Below are positions 1 through 9,800 of a stretch of DNA of 64,000 bases, piece by piece. The stretch is from a virus: positions 24,975 through 88,974 of the IMG/VR virus record IMGVR_UViG_3300025154_000064. One strand, written 5' to 3'. The notes beneath the pieces are model-generated. The model was not told the DNA's origin, did no database searches, and saw only the letters and a list, made by a program, of their open reading frames with translations. Position numbers and translations under genes: made by a program. Every line of letters starts with the position of its first letter. The first letter of the stretch is position 1.

Positions 1-686
1 CAATCTCTGGTGGCTTCCGAGAAATCACGCCTTTCACTATGGCATTGGCTCGTGGCCTTGATCCTTCGGCAGCTCTTGCGGCAACTGCTTCCTACGTTTG
101 TAAAAAATCTACCGCAGGAACCACGGACGCTACGAAGGTTATTGATGTATCCGGAACGCCTGTAACGGATGAATACCTGGTAGCCTTTACAGGTGCAACA
201 GCAGGCAGTATTTATGGCCGGAAAGGTGGTCTCGTTCACACCTTCTCTGCGCTTACTGCTATGACTCAGGCGGGTGGACTGTTCACAATTCCGGCGAGTT
301 TCTTCACAGGCACCTGGGCATCAGGTGATGTTTACGTTTTCAGGACCACGAAGGCGGCTACTGCCGGCGATGCTTACCCCGGGGATCCTGACGACTGGGA
401 AGTGGATGAGCCTTCCATCGGTTTTGGTGGTTTGGTGTCGCCGGCAGATCTTCGGATAGAGGGCGTTTATACTTATCCTGACGGCCTAAAGCAAATGGTG
501 TTTGTATTTCCCCGCGGCCAGATCTCAGCTTCGATCGACGTGGACTTCGCGGAGCAGGACCCTGCAGCGATTCCGGTTCAGTTTGAGTCAAAAACCGCAA
601 GCTCTCAGAATGTTGCTGGCAATGCTGTGTGGAACAGCATGCCGCTTGGTCACGTTAAATGGGGTGTTGGTATAGCCGCTGCGTAA
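1..686 (+). CDS. Major tail (tube) protein, 5'-truncated by the window edge
   Basis: Frame is open from position 3. Thr/Ala/Gly-rich, beta-type composition. Lies directly upstream of the chaperone and tape measure genes. Confidence 0.6.
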   Translation, partial: ISGGFREITPFTMALARGLDPSAALAATASYVCKKSTAGTTDATKVIDVSGTPVTDEYLVAFTGATAGSIYGRKGGLVHTFSALTAMTQAGGLFTIPASFFTGTWASGDVYVFRTTKAATAGDAYPGDPDDWEVDEPSIGFGGLVSPADLRIEGVYTYPDGLKQMVFVFPRGQISASIDVDFAEQDPAAIPVQFESKTASSQNVAGNAVWNSMPLGHVKWGVGIAAA

Positions 687-695
687 GGGGGAAAT

Positions 696-1172
696 ATGAG
701 TGACCTTGAAAAATTGATTGGGCCAAAGCCTGAGAAGGTAATAATCGGGATTCGTGAGTTCGAGGAACTTAAGATTTGGCCGCTGTCAATGGCAGACCAG
801 CTGGAAGTCGGTAAGCTTTTTGACGAAGCTCTTATGGCTATTCTCAATGAAGTCAGCGACAATTTTACTCTGATCGTCACCGTGAAGAAAATCGTCTTCG
901 ATAACATTCACATCATTATCCAGAAGGCGACGGACTTTGACACTGAGGCCAAGGCGAAAAAGGCGCTGGGCAAAATAACAAACGATCAATTCGTTGAGAT
1001 TTGCGAAAAGATTTACAAGATGAATTTTGAGAAAATCTCAAAAAACGTGTTGAGCCTCCTCGGAAGGGTGAACTTATTGGATACGGGGAGGCCATCACCT
1101 ACGTCGTTGAACGATACCCAAGATACGGAATCGAGCACTTCACAAAACTCGGTTACCGAGAAGGTGGCTTAA
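696..1172 (+). CDS. Tail assembly chaperone (lambda gpG-like)
   Basis: Sits between tail tube and tape measure. RBS AAGGGGG. Contains a slippery heptamer near its 3' end. Confidence 0.75.
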   Translation: MSDLEKLIGPKPEKVIIGIREFEELKIWPLSMADQLEVGKLFDEALMAILNEVSDNFTLIVTVKKIVFDNIHIIIQKATDFDTEAKAKKALGKITNDQFVEICEKIYKMNFEKISKNVLSLLGRVNLLDTGRPSPTSLNDTQDTESSTSQNSVTEKVA

Positions 1173-1420
1173 CGCTCGATCAAATGTCGGTCCTGTTCAA
1201 CCATGCACAGGACCGACAGTCAAAAGAAATTAGGCTTATGGCCGAAATTCATGGCGTGAAATTTAAGTCCAGCAGTGGTGCAGCATCCAGCACAAAGACA
1301 GAGGTTTTCGAATACAACGGTGATCCTGAATCGGTAAAGCACCTGTCGGAAGAGCAACGCAAAGCGATGACAGACCGGCTACTCGGAAAACACACAAAGG
1401 CGTTTAAGAAACATGGGTGA
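1031..1420 (+). CDS. Frameshift extension of the tail chaperone (gpGT-like C-terminal part; includes ORF 1184..1420)
   Basis: -1 frame reads KRVEPPRKGELIGYGEAITYVVERYPRYGIEHF...LTLDQMSVLFNHAQ and overlaps the tape measure start. Confidence 0.75.
   Translation, partial: ENLKKRVEPPRKGELIGYGEAITYVVERYPRYGIEHFTKLGYREGGLTLDQMSVLFNHAQDRQSKEIRLMAEIHGVKFKSSSGAASSTKTEVFEYNGDPESVKHLSEEQRKAMTDRLLGKHTKAFKKHG
1040..1046 (+). other. Programmed -1 ribosomal frameshift site A AAA AAC
   Basis: X XXY YYZ heptamer in the correct codon phase. The -1 frame opens after TGA at 1028-1030 and runs without a stop to 1420. Confidence 0.8.
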
Positions 1421-4400
1421 TAAAGTACAAGAACTCGGCACTCGCTTTACCGGAGATATTAAAGACATATCTGAGAAGGTTAGACAGCTCATGGCGCTGC
1501 TCAACCAGCTCGATACGTACAGCCGGACTTCTTCGAGCATCCTTGGCCAGGTTACCCAAAAAGCTATCGCACTTAACGGTGCGATAGCGAAAACGCCTGT
1601 TGCCAAAAACTTCGCGCAGAACAAGGTGATGCTTTCTGAGTTCCAGCTTGCCTTGGGCGGTGCCACAAACGAGTCCAAGAAGTTTCAGGCTGCGCTTACC
1701 ACCCTCGGAGAAGGCAAAACCGGAATTGCGCTGAAAACCATTAAGTCGCAGTTAGAGCAAGTCGAAAGGGCTATTGTTAAAACGGCCCAAAAAATGAAAA
1801 TGCTCGGCCAGGATGGTGAGAAGTTCTTTAACGAAACAGACCGCATAAAGGCTTTCAACGACGCTCTGGCCGGCAAAACCCGGGCAACTGCGACAACCAC
1901 CCGAACACCAGTCGAACCGAAGGCACCTTCAGGCTTTCTTGACCAGATCAAAAATGCCGCAAGGGTGACACTTGCTTATGGTCTTGTTGGCTCTGCTATT
2001 GGCTCGGTAGCTATGGCTGCCAAGGCTGGTGTCGGGAATATCGTTGAGTTTGACCAGGCGCTACATAACCTTCAAGCCATTACCGAAGCGACCAACGACG
2101 AGACATCGGTGATGGGTAACCGAATCAAGCAGATCGCATCTGATACCAAATATACAGCACAACAGGTTTCAGATGGAATGACACTTCTTGGCCAGGCCGG
2201 CCTTGACGCCGCTCAGGCGACCGCTGTCATCGGCCCGGCCGCTACGTTGGCGACCGGTACCCTCAGCAAAATGGAAGAGACTGTTGATCTCCTGAGCACC
2301 ACGTTGGTGGCTTTCAAGATGGATGCGGCAGAGGCTGGCCGGGTGACTGACGTCATGGCCGCAGCAGTTAATAAGTCGAAGCTTACGATTGAACAGCTCC
2401 GGACGGTTTTCAACTATGTTGGTTCTTCGGCGCACATGATTGGAATGTCTATTGAAGAACTGGCTGCATCCACGATGGTTCTTGCAAATACCGGTCTGAG
2501 AGCGTCAACAATCGGTACCGGATTGCGGCAGGTTCTTGCGAAGCTTCTATCCCCAAGTGAAAAATTAAGAGAATCGTTTGAGGCCCATAGCATATCTCTT
2601 GATGCTGTGAATCCAAAGGTCGTTGGTTTCCAACAAGCCATGAAGAACATGATCCCTATCCTGTGGGATGTAAAGAAAAATACTGTCGATATGTCTAAGG
2701 CCTATGAGCTGTTTGAGCTTCGTGGTGCCCAGGCAGCGGCCGTCCTTGTGGAATCGTTTGCCGGCGGACGATTTAAGCAGGCGTTTGAAGATACTTTAGA
2801 GATCGGATCAGCAGCAGAGATGGCAGCTAAGCAGTCTGAAGGACTTGGCGTCATGTGGGACAACCTTGTTGCGAAGGCTGGCGTGCTGGCTATCGCTTTG
2901 GGGGATCTTGGTGTTGTCGGTGCGATGAAAGGCGTTATAAGTGTAGCAGGCCTGCTTACAGATGTTATGACAGATATGGCGAGTGTGACCGCCGATGCTT
3001 TTGACTCGCTCTTTAATTCTACTGAAAGGCAAAAGAGGCTTGCAGGAGAGCAGGTAGTAGAAAACAAGGCCGTTGTTGGGTCTCTCAAAGTTTATATCGA
3101 AGCGCTGAAGGTAACACAGAAAGAGGTCGGGACAAACAATCAGGTTTCGACTGCTCATTTGTCTATTCTGAAGAGGCTTAAGGCTGATCATCCAGAGCTG
3201 GCCGACAAGATTGATTTAACAAAGGTTTCATTTAACAGTCTTGGAACTGTCATCGCGTCAGTAAACAGGCTGATGGATGAGCACAACCAAAAGACAATGG
3301 AAGGCCGGCTCAAGAAAATATCTCTCGCAGAGTCTGCGAGAGCAGAGCTTGATAATTTAAAGGCTGAGGCAGAAAAGACGAAGGCAACTATTGCAGCGTT
3401 AAAACCTGTTTCATCTGCAAAAGGCCAGGGCCAAAACGAAATAAATAAGTCGCGAGAGATGGACATAAAATATCTTGAAGCGCACCTAAAAGATATAGAA
3501 GACAAGATAAAGCTGTCAACAAAATCAATTGATGAAACCGTTTCAGAGTGGTCTGCGGAAATAGCAAACGCACTTAAAGGGTCAGAATCGCCATCAATGG
3601 ATATAGTCGATACCATGATAGGCAACATGATTCGACTCGGTAAAGTTTCAGAGGAAACTGGAAAAAAGATTCGTGAAAATGTCACAGCGAAACTCAAAGC
3701 TGTGGCGGTTGACCTCGACACCAGCAAGTTCACCACCAGAATAAAAACCATGGGGAAAGACTTCGACGCCGTCTTTAAAACGCTTGACCCGAGCAAGAAG
3801 CTCGATTTCGTCGAAAAGTTTGGTGCTCTGGAAAAGAAAATAGCCAATATCAGAAAAACTTATGCGAACACGGACATCCCGGGAGAGGACGTAGAAGCTG
3901 ACATAGCCGCCAAGAAGAAAGCTTTTCTTGAAGAATACCTCAAGAAAGAAGCCGATTCCAGTCAAAAGGTGGTGGACAACGCCAGCCAGGAAGCGCAGAA
4001 GCGAATCCAGATCCAGGAATACTATTATGCAACGGTCGCAAGGCTAACATCAGATGAGCATGAAAAGCTTGAGCAAGAGCGTTTGAAGGAAAGCGAGTCG
4101 ATCAAGAAGCAGTACGAAGAGGCCATCGCCATGGCCAATAAGACCGGTGAAGACAAAGCCGCTATCAAGGCAAAATATGATAACCTTCAAGATCAAAATA
4201 CCAAATTCTATACGCAGAAAGGTTACGACCTTGATCAGAAAAAATCGCTTGAATTGTTGGATATTGAGATCATCAAGAGGAAGCAACTCGCGGAACAGAA
4301 AAAACGTGACACCTTAGACGACTCTGGCGGATTGGCCACTATTAAAGCGAACGAAGCGAAGGTGACGATTGAGAGCCTTGAACAGGAAATGCGTATCCGG

Positions 4401-5285
4401 AAGGACTTCCGGGATAAGACCATCGCTAATTACAAGGAAGGTTCGAATGATGCCATCGCAGCTGAGAAGGCCTATCAGGCAGCCGTTCTTAAGGTTGGCG
4501 AGGCTATCACGGATGAGGATGAGCGCCAACATGCGCTAAGGGTGCAGCAGACCGTAAAAGAGCTTAAAATGAAGCTGAAGATGGTGCAGGAATACTCGGT
4601 TGAATATTACCGGATCATGGAGGAGCTTCGTAAGCTTGATGAGATAGAGCCGATATCGGATGAAGAACGCCTCGCCGGATCGCTTGACTGGGTGGATGGC
4701 ATTAGGCTCGGGTTGATCCGTTCCGCAAAAGAGCAGAAAACCCAAGCGCAACACATTGCTGATATCTGGCAGAACGCAACGAATGCGATAGGCGATGGAT
4801 TCGGGACGCTTTTTGAGGATGTTCTGGTTGGGAAGGTTAAGAGCGCCGGTGACTATATCGTCAGCTTTTTAAGCTCTGTGGCCAAGTCGGTCAACAACGT
4901 TCTGGCCAACGCTATTGGTCAGGGGATAGCGACTACCATAGGCGGGATGTTTTCTGGCGGAAGTGCCGGCCAGAGCCCTTATGACTCTGGGATAGCCATG
5001 GCGCAGGGTGGATGGATAACCGAGCCAATCGTCGGCCGCGGTATCAACACCGGCAAGAGGTATACTCTCGGAGAGCGCGGCCCAGAGCTGGTCACGCCAG
5101 CCGGCCAAGTGCGGCCGGATTCATTCCCGCCGAGTGTTTCAGTCATAATAAACAATAACACAGGATCAAACATGAAAAGCCAGCAATCAAATGCCAGGTT
5201 TGATGGTCAACAGTGGGTTGTAACAACGCTGATTGATGCTATAGATCGAAATGTTAACGGCATAAGAGGCATGCTTGGCGGATAA
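1413..5285 (+). CDS. Tail tape measure protein (TP901 family)
   Basis: 1290 aa, Ala-rich and helical. TP901-type core (FDQALHNLQAIT...TKYTAQQVSDGMTLLGQAGLD...GTGLRQVLAKL) and C-terminal AQGG/GERGPELV motif. Confidence 0.95.
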   Translation: MGDKVQELGTRFTGDIKDISEKVRQLMALLNQLDTYSRTSSSILGQVTQKAIALNGAIAKTPVAKNFAQNKVMLSEFQLALGGATNESKKFQAALTTLGEGKTGIALKTIKSQLEQVERAIVKTAQKMKMLGQDGEKFFNETDRIKAFNDALAGKTRATATTTRTPVEPKAPSGFLDQIKNAARVTLAYGLVGSAIGSVAMAAKAGVGNIVEFDQALHNLQAITEATNDETSVMGNRIKQIASDTKYTAQQVSDGMTLLGQAGLDAAQATAVIGPAATLATGTLSKMEETVDLLSTTLVAFKMDAAEAGRVTDVMAAAVNKSKLTIEQLRTVFNYVGSSAHMIGMSIEELAASTMVLANTGLRASTIGTGLRQVLAKLLSPSEKLRESFEAHSISLDAVNPKVVGFQQAMKNMIPILWDVKKNTVDMSKAYELFELRGAQAAAVLVESFAGGRFKQAFEDTLEIGSAAEMAAKQSEGLGVMWDNLVAKAGVLAIALGDLGVVGAMKGVISVAGLLTDVMTDMASVTADAFDSLFNSTERQKRLAGEQVVENKAVVGSLKVYIEALKVTQKEVGTNNQVSTAHLSILKRLKADHPELADKIDLTKVSFNSLGTVIASVNRLMDEHNQKTMEGRLKKISLAESARAELDNLKAEAEKTKATIAALKPVSSAKGQGQNEINKSREMDIKYLEAHLKDIEDKIKLSTKSIDETVSEWSAEIANALKGSESPSMDIVDTMIGNMIRLGKVSEETGKKIRENVTAKLKAVAVDLDTSKFTTRIKTMGKDFDAVFKTLDPSKKLDFVEKFGALEKKIANIRKTYANTDIPGEDVEADIAAKKKAFLEEYLKKEADSSQKVVDNASQEAQKRIQIQEYYYATVARLTSDEHEKLEQERLKESESIKKQYEEAIAMANKTGEDKAAIKAKYDNLQDQNTKFYTQKGYDLDQKKSLELLDIEIIKRKQLAEQKKRDTLDDSGGLATIKANEAKVTIESLEQEMRIRKDFRDKTIANYKEGSNDAIAAEKAYQAAVLKVGEAITDEDERQHALRVQQTVKELKMKLKMVQEYSVEYYRIMEELRKLDEIEPISDEERLAGSLDWVDGIRLGLIRSAKEQKTQAQHIADIWQNATNAIGDGFGTLFEDVLVGKVKSAGDYIVSFLSSVAKSVNNVLANAIGQGIATTIGGMFSGGSAGQSPYDSGIAMAQGGWITEPIVGRGINTGKRYTLGERGPELVTPAGQVRPDSFPPSVSVIINNNTGSNMKSQQSNARFDGQQWVVTTLIDAIDRNVNGIRGMLGG

Positions 5286-5318
5286 AAAGTGTTGCAAAAT
5301 TCAAAAATAAATTATATG

Positions 5319-5426
5319 CAGGACAAAATTGAATTAAGTTTGTCCTGGCTGGCCACCTTGGACAAAAAAAATAGGGTATGATCGGGGTATCCATTTACTG
5401 ATCATACCTTTTTTTTGTCCAAGGTG
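5319..5426 (+). promoter_or_regulatory. Two tandem hairpins between the tape measure and distal tail genes; the second includes the next RBS
   Basis: CAGGACAAA/TTTGTCCTG (5319-5347) and CACCTTGGACAAAAAAAA..GGTATGATC / GATCATACC..TTTTTTTTGTCCAAGGTG (5354-5426). Confidence 0.6.
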
Positions 5427-5430
5427 ACTT

Positions 5431-5778
5431 ATGGCAGATGTAAATTGGCCCACCATAGAAGCACCCCATCCGGATCTCTTTTCCCAGAAGCTTATTAAAC
5501 CAAAGCACAAGACCGAGACCAGCAATGGCCGGCTGATTACCCGGGCCAAGTTCACTGGCTTCCGGTGGGAGTTTACTTTGGGTTGGGATATGATTTCAGA
5601 CAGCGATTACGAAGACCTTTATGAGTTCTTTGATTCAATGGGTGGTGGCGTATTTAATTGGACACACATCAAAACCGGTGTGGTTTATGAATGTGTCTTC
5701 CTTGACGACGAAATGCCGGAGGCCAAACCTTTTCATCTGCATTGGGAACTCAAAGGTCTAAGGATAGGTGAAAGATAA
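5431..5778 (+). CDS. Distal/minor tail protein (lambda gpM-like)
   Basis: Position after tape measure; motif LYEFFDSMGGGVFNWTH. Confidence 0.7.
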   Translation: MADVNWPTIEAPHPDLFSQKLIKPKHKTETSNGRLITRAKFTGFRWEFTLGWDMISDSDYEDLYEFFDSMGGGVFNWTHIKTGVVYECVFLDDEMPEAKPFHLHWELKGLRIGER

Positions 5779-6420
5779 ATGCTTCCTCTCGGAACGAATT
5801 ACCTTAAGGCCAAGAACAAGTTGTCGGATGACAACGCCTGGATTGTTCTGCTTCAGATTGATTTTGAAGATGAGACCTTGAGGCTATGCGCGAACAATCA
5901 GGATATCATATGGAACGGTGAAGAGTGGATCGCGTTCCCCTTCTCTCTTGACGTTATCAAAGATGCCACCAAGGATGAAGTCCCAAAGGTGGTCGTTAGG
6001 GTCGCCAACGTAAACCAGGCAGTCCAATACCATGTTGAACAGTATGCCGGCGGTGTCGGATCAGATGTGACCGTCCGGGTGATCTACACCGGTGACCTTG
6101 ATGAGGTCGTGAAGATACCGACGTTTAAATTCAAGGTTTCTGGGTGCCGGTGTGACGCCGTTTGGGCCACTTTTGAGTTGGGAGCCTCCTCTCCCTACTT
6201 GAGTCCTGATCCAAGGGATCGTATCCTGAAGAACTTTTGCCGGTTTCGGTTCCCGCATAGTTCAGACCCGCGGTGCCCTTATACAGGGACCGTATACACC
6301 TCGTGCAATAAAACCCTGTCTGATTGCAAACTCAGAAACGATGATGCGCTAACTGATAAACAGGATTCAAAATACTACGGCGGGTTCCCGTCGATGGGGT
6401 CCTATGCCATCTACCTTTGA
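5779..6420 (+). CDS. Minor tail tip protein (gpL/DUF1833-like)
   Basis: WNGEEWIAFPF; C-terminal four-Cys cluster (C..CPY..CNKTLSDC) followed by YGGFPS. Confidence 0.85.
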   Translation: MLPLGTNYLKAKNKLSDDNAWIVLLQIDFEDETLRLCANNQDIIWNGEEWIAFPFSLDVIKDATKDEVPKVVVRVANVNQAVQYHVEQYAGGVGSDVTVRVIYTGDLDEVVKIPTFKFKVSGCRCDAVWATFELGASSPYLSPDPRDRILKNFCRFRFPHSSDPRCPYTGTVYTSCNKTLSDCKLRNDDALTDKQDSKYYGGFPSMGSYAIYL

Positions 6421-6805
6421 TCATAGCAAATTCATTTTGGTTCCTTTTAAGCCTGGTGGCCGGGACTTTTCCGGCGCCGATTGCTGGGGTCTGGCCATGC
6501 TGGTCTACAAGGATTTTGGCATCGACCTTCCGGATTTCAGAATCGCTTGCGAGGAAAGTCTCAAAATTGATTTCGCTGTTTCAGAGCAGAGGAAGACCTG
6601 GGCCCGGCTGGCAGAACCGGTGGCGCCGTGCGTTGTGGTGATCCGGATGAGCAACAAGTACCCTCGGGTGTGCAATCACCTGGGGGTTTATGTCGGCGCC
6701 GGCAAGTTTGTCCATACATTAAAAAAGCAGGGGTCTTCGGTTGTACGTATAGACCATCCCTATTTTAGCCAGAAGATTGAAGGGTATTATGAATTTCGAA
6801 AATGA
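6404..6805 (+). CDS. NlpC/P60 tail tip protein (gpK-like)
   Basis: GGRDFSGADCWGL catalytic Cys motif; HLGVYVGAGKFVH. Confidence 0.9.
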   Translation: MPSTFDHSKFILVPFKPGGRDFSGADCWGLAMLVYKDFGIDLPDFRIACEESLKIDFAVSEQRKTWARLAEPVAPCVVVIRMSNKYPRVCNHLGVYVGAGKFVHTLKKQGSSVVRIDHPYFSQKIEGYYEFRK

Positions 6806-9800
6806 AGTCCTTGTGACATTTGTCCGTAACCCGTGGGAACCCTACACCTCAAGGGTTGTATCCGCCGTCCCGTTTGTCCCCGGGAAATCCATAATGGATT
6901 ATTCCGTTGATGCCGGTGAAGTTCCGGTTGGATATGAGATCGTTGCCAGCCTGAATGGAAAGGTTGTCGATGACGTCGAACAAGTGGTCTTGTGCCCGGG
7001 GTGCGGGATTGTCTTTTGCGCTATTCCAATGGGTGGGGATTCCGGGAAGCAGATTCTGAGGATTGTCGCAGCTATTGTTGTTACGGTTATTGCTTATGTT
7101 TATGGCGGTCCACTTGGTGGTGCTGTCGGAAACGCTTTCGGTGCAACATGGTCGGCTGGAACGGCTGCTATTGTCGGTGGATCGATGATTGCTGTAGCCG
7201 GCGGAATCCTTATAAATGTAGCGCTTCCAATGCAATCAGGCAAGGTCTCAGGCCTTCTTGACGGCGACTGGGCCAAATCAAACAACTATGGCTGGTCAAA
7301 CCCGACAAATGCGCTTGAAGAGGGTGTTGTTCTTCCCAGCCTGATCGGGACCCGCCGGTTCGCGCCGCCGCTTTTACGGTGGTACCGGTACATGGCTGAG
7401 GATGAATTCTCACAGCAACGGATTCGGCTGCAGTATGCTCTCGCAGACGACTTATTAAAGCCCATAACAGAAGAAGATATTTTTATAAATGGTGACCCCA
7501 TTATATCTTTTTACTCTAAGGATTATGTCGTTGATGCTGTCGAAGATACAGAATATTCCATAATCGTAACACTCCCAGAGAACAAAACTGTCATATTGAA
7601 TTGGGGCGATGGTTCGCCAGAGGTGACGCTTGATGAGCCGATGCAAAGCGTCTCTGTTTTGCATACCTACGCTTCAACAGACACTTTTATTCTAACCATA
7701 TCTGGTAATTATAAAGATATGGAAATAGACACAAACACCCTTCCGGTTACCGAAGAAAAACAATCTACAGCGGCATTTCACCAGACTCTTGGCGATGATT
7801 CCGAAACATACTCTTGCCCCTGGTTCAATGACTCAATCGTTGAAAATGCTTTCCCTGCTGTTGAAATCAAAGATTCCACAAGGTCTTTCGAGGCAAAATA
7901 TAAATTTTCAGGTGGCTCAAGAGTTCTTTATAACTTCGTTGTCACGCGAACCACTGGCCAGCCATCAACAATGTTGTTCTTAGAATTCTTTTTCGGAAAA
8001 GGACTTTACAGCATTGTCGATGATACCACTCACCGAGGGTACACAGCTGATTGGCGAGACATGGGTACCAGGACTAAAAAGGTGCCGTGCTATGATTATT
8101 TTATTAAAGTCAGGTACAGGAAGGTCGGAACTGAACCATGGACAACTATTGATCTACCCAAAGTTGCTCCGCCAACAACCTTTGAGACGCCATTCAGGGT
8201 CGCATATTCAATTACCGATTTAGAGCTGTCAAATTATGAAATCCAATATATGGGGGACTATTTAGACATAGATGAACGGGCTTATGGCTCTATTATATTG
8301 GAAAAACTTTGTGGTTATACAAGCATTACGGGCGCTCAAACCTTTTCTACGAACGGTTCTGATGTAACCAAGGTAGGCCTCGGTCTCATAATGCCAAATG
8401 GTATTTATCATCTCAAGACGGATGGCACTAAAGAGAATCATTCCATAACGGTAAACGTAGATGCCAGGGCATATGGAACGACACCTTGGCTTTACAGTAA
8501 AACAAAAACCTTTAGTGATGCAACAGCCAGCGCTCTCAGGGCGATCGTTGTTTTCGAGAACTTGCCTCCAGACAAGTATGAATTAAGAGCTTACATAAGC
8601 GGCGTTGTCGAAGAAGATATCCAATATGTAGCGATGCTTTATGCCGAATTTCTTCAAGAGGGAACGAACGACATAATGATTCACCGTGGTGTATCGGTCC
8701 TTTCTCTCGAATTTTTGGCCACCGAAAAGCTCAATTCGATGCCCCTCGTTGAGGTCAAGGCCACTTGCGATGATTATGTAGAAAACCGGCTTTCAACCAA
8801 TCCGGCCTGGGCGGCGTATTACCGGCTGATTGATAAACATGGTGTCATGGCGGAAGATATCCTCTTTGACGAATTCGAATCGTGGGCCGAAACTTGCGAC
8901 GCCGAAGGATATAAAATAGGTCTTTATCTTGATACCCAGTTTAACCTTCATGACGTTCTTGGCCAAATCGGTATGGCTGGCAAGGCGTCGGTAATCCGCC
9001 GCGGCACGAAATGGGGGGTTATTCAGGATGCTGTCGCTACGCCTGTTCAGATGTTTTCAATGGAAAACATCACCATGGACTCTTTCGAGGAAACCTTTCT
9101 TAGCGCAGACGAAAAAGCGAATACAATCCTTGCGTGGTATTTTGATGAGGAAAACGATTATAGAAGAACATCCATTGAGGTTAGGGACCCAAGCGTCAAT
9201 AGTTTAGATGCGATCAAGAAGGTTGAGGTGTCCCTGTATGGCGTTACCAACAAGGCTCAGGCTGTAAAGATAGCCGTTTCACTCTTGAATCATACTCGGC
9301 TGGTGAATCGCACGGTGTCTTGGCTTGCAGATGTGGACGCGATAGCCTGCCAGGTCGGTGACGTTGTTTACTTCCAGCATGAGGTCCCCATGTGGGGGCA
9401 CGCCGCCGGACGTGTTGTCTCTTCAACGCTAAATTCTGTCACGATAGACAGGCCTTCTGATTATTCCGGTGAAATCGATGGCGTTTCGATATCGACCTTT
9501 ACTTTCAAGATTTTTGTTCGGCACCAGGAACCCAATACCAGTGGCGAATATGATTCTATCGAGATTTTCAATATCGTAAACCCATACCCTAACGATGATG
9601 TCGTAACATATACCCTGCAAAGTCCCGCTGTTTGGTCGAGGCTTCCTGAAAAAGACAGCATCGTTTCCATTGGTCGCATCACCGGGACAGAGCAGAGCAC
9701 CGGGAATATCAGGACCAGTGTTAAAAAATTTCGCGTTCTCAATATAGAGCGATACGAAGACCAAACCTTCAAGATTACGGCCTTGGAATATTACGATGAT

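Noticed and set aside
1685-5173. Numerous antisense ORFs within the tape measure and other long genes
   Set aside because: They are shadow ORFs of strongly supported genes, without RBSs or recognisable motifs.
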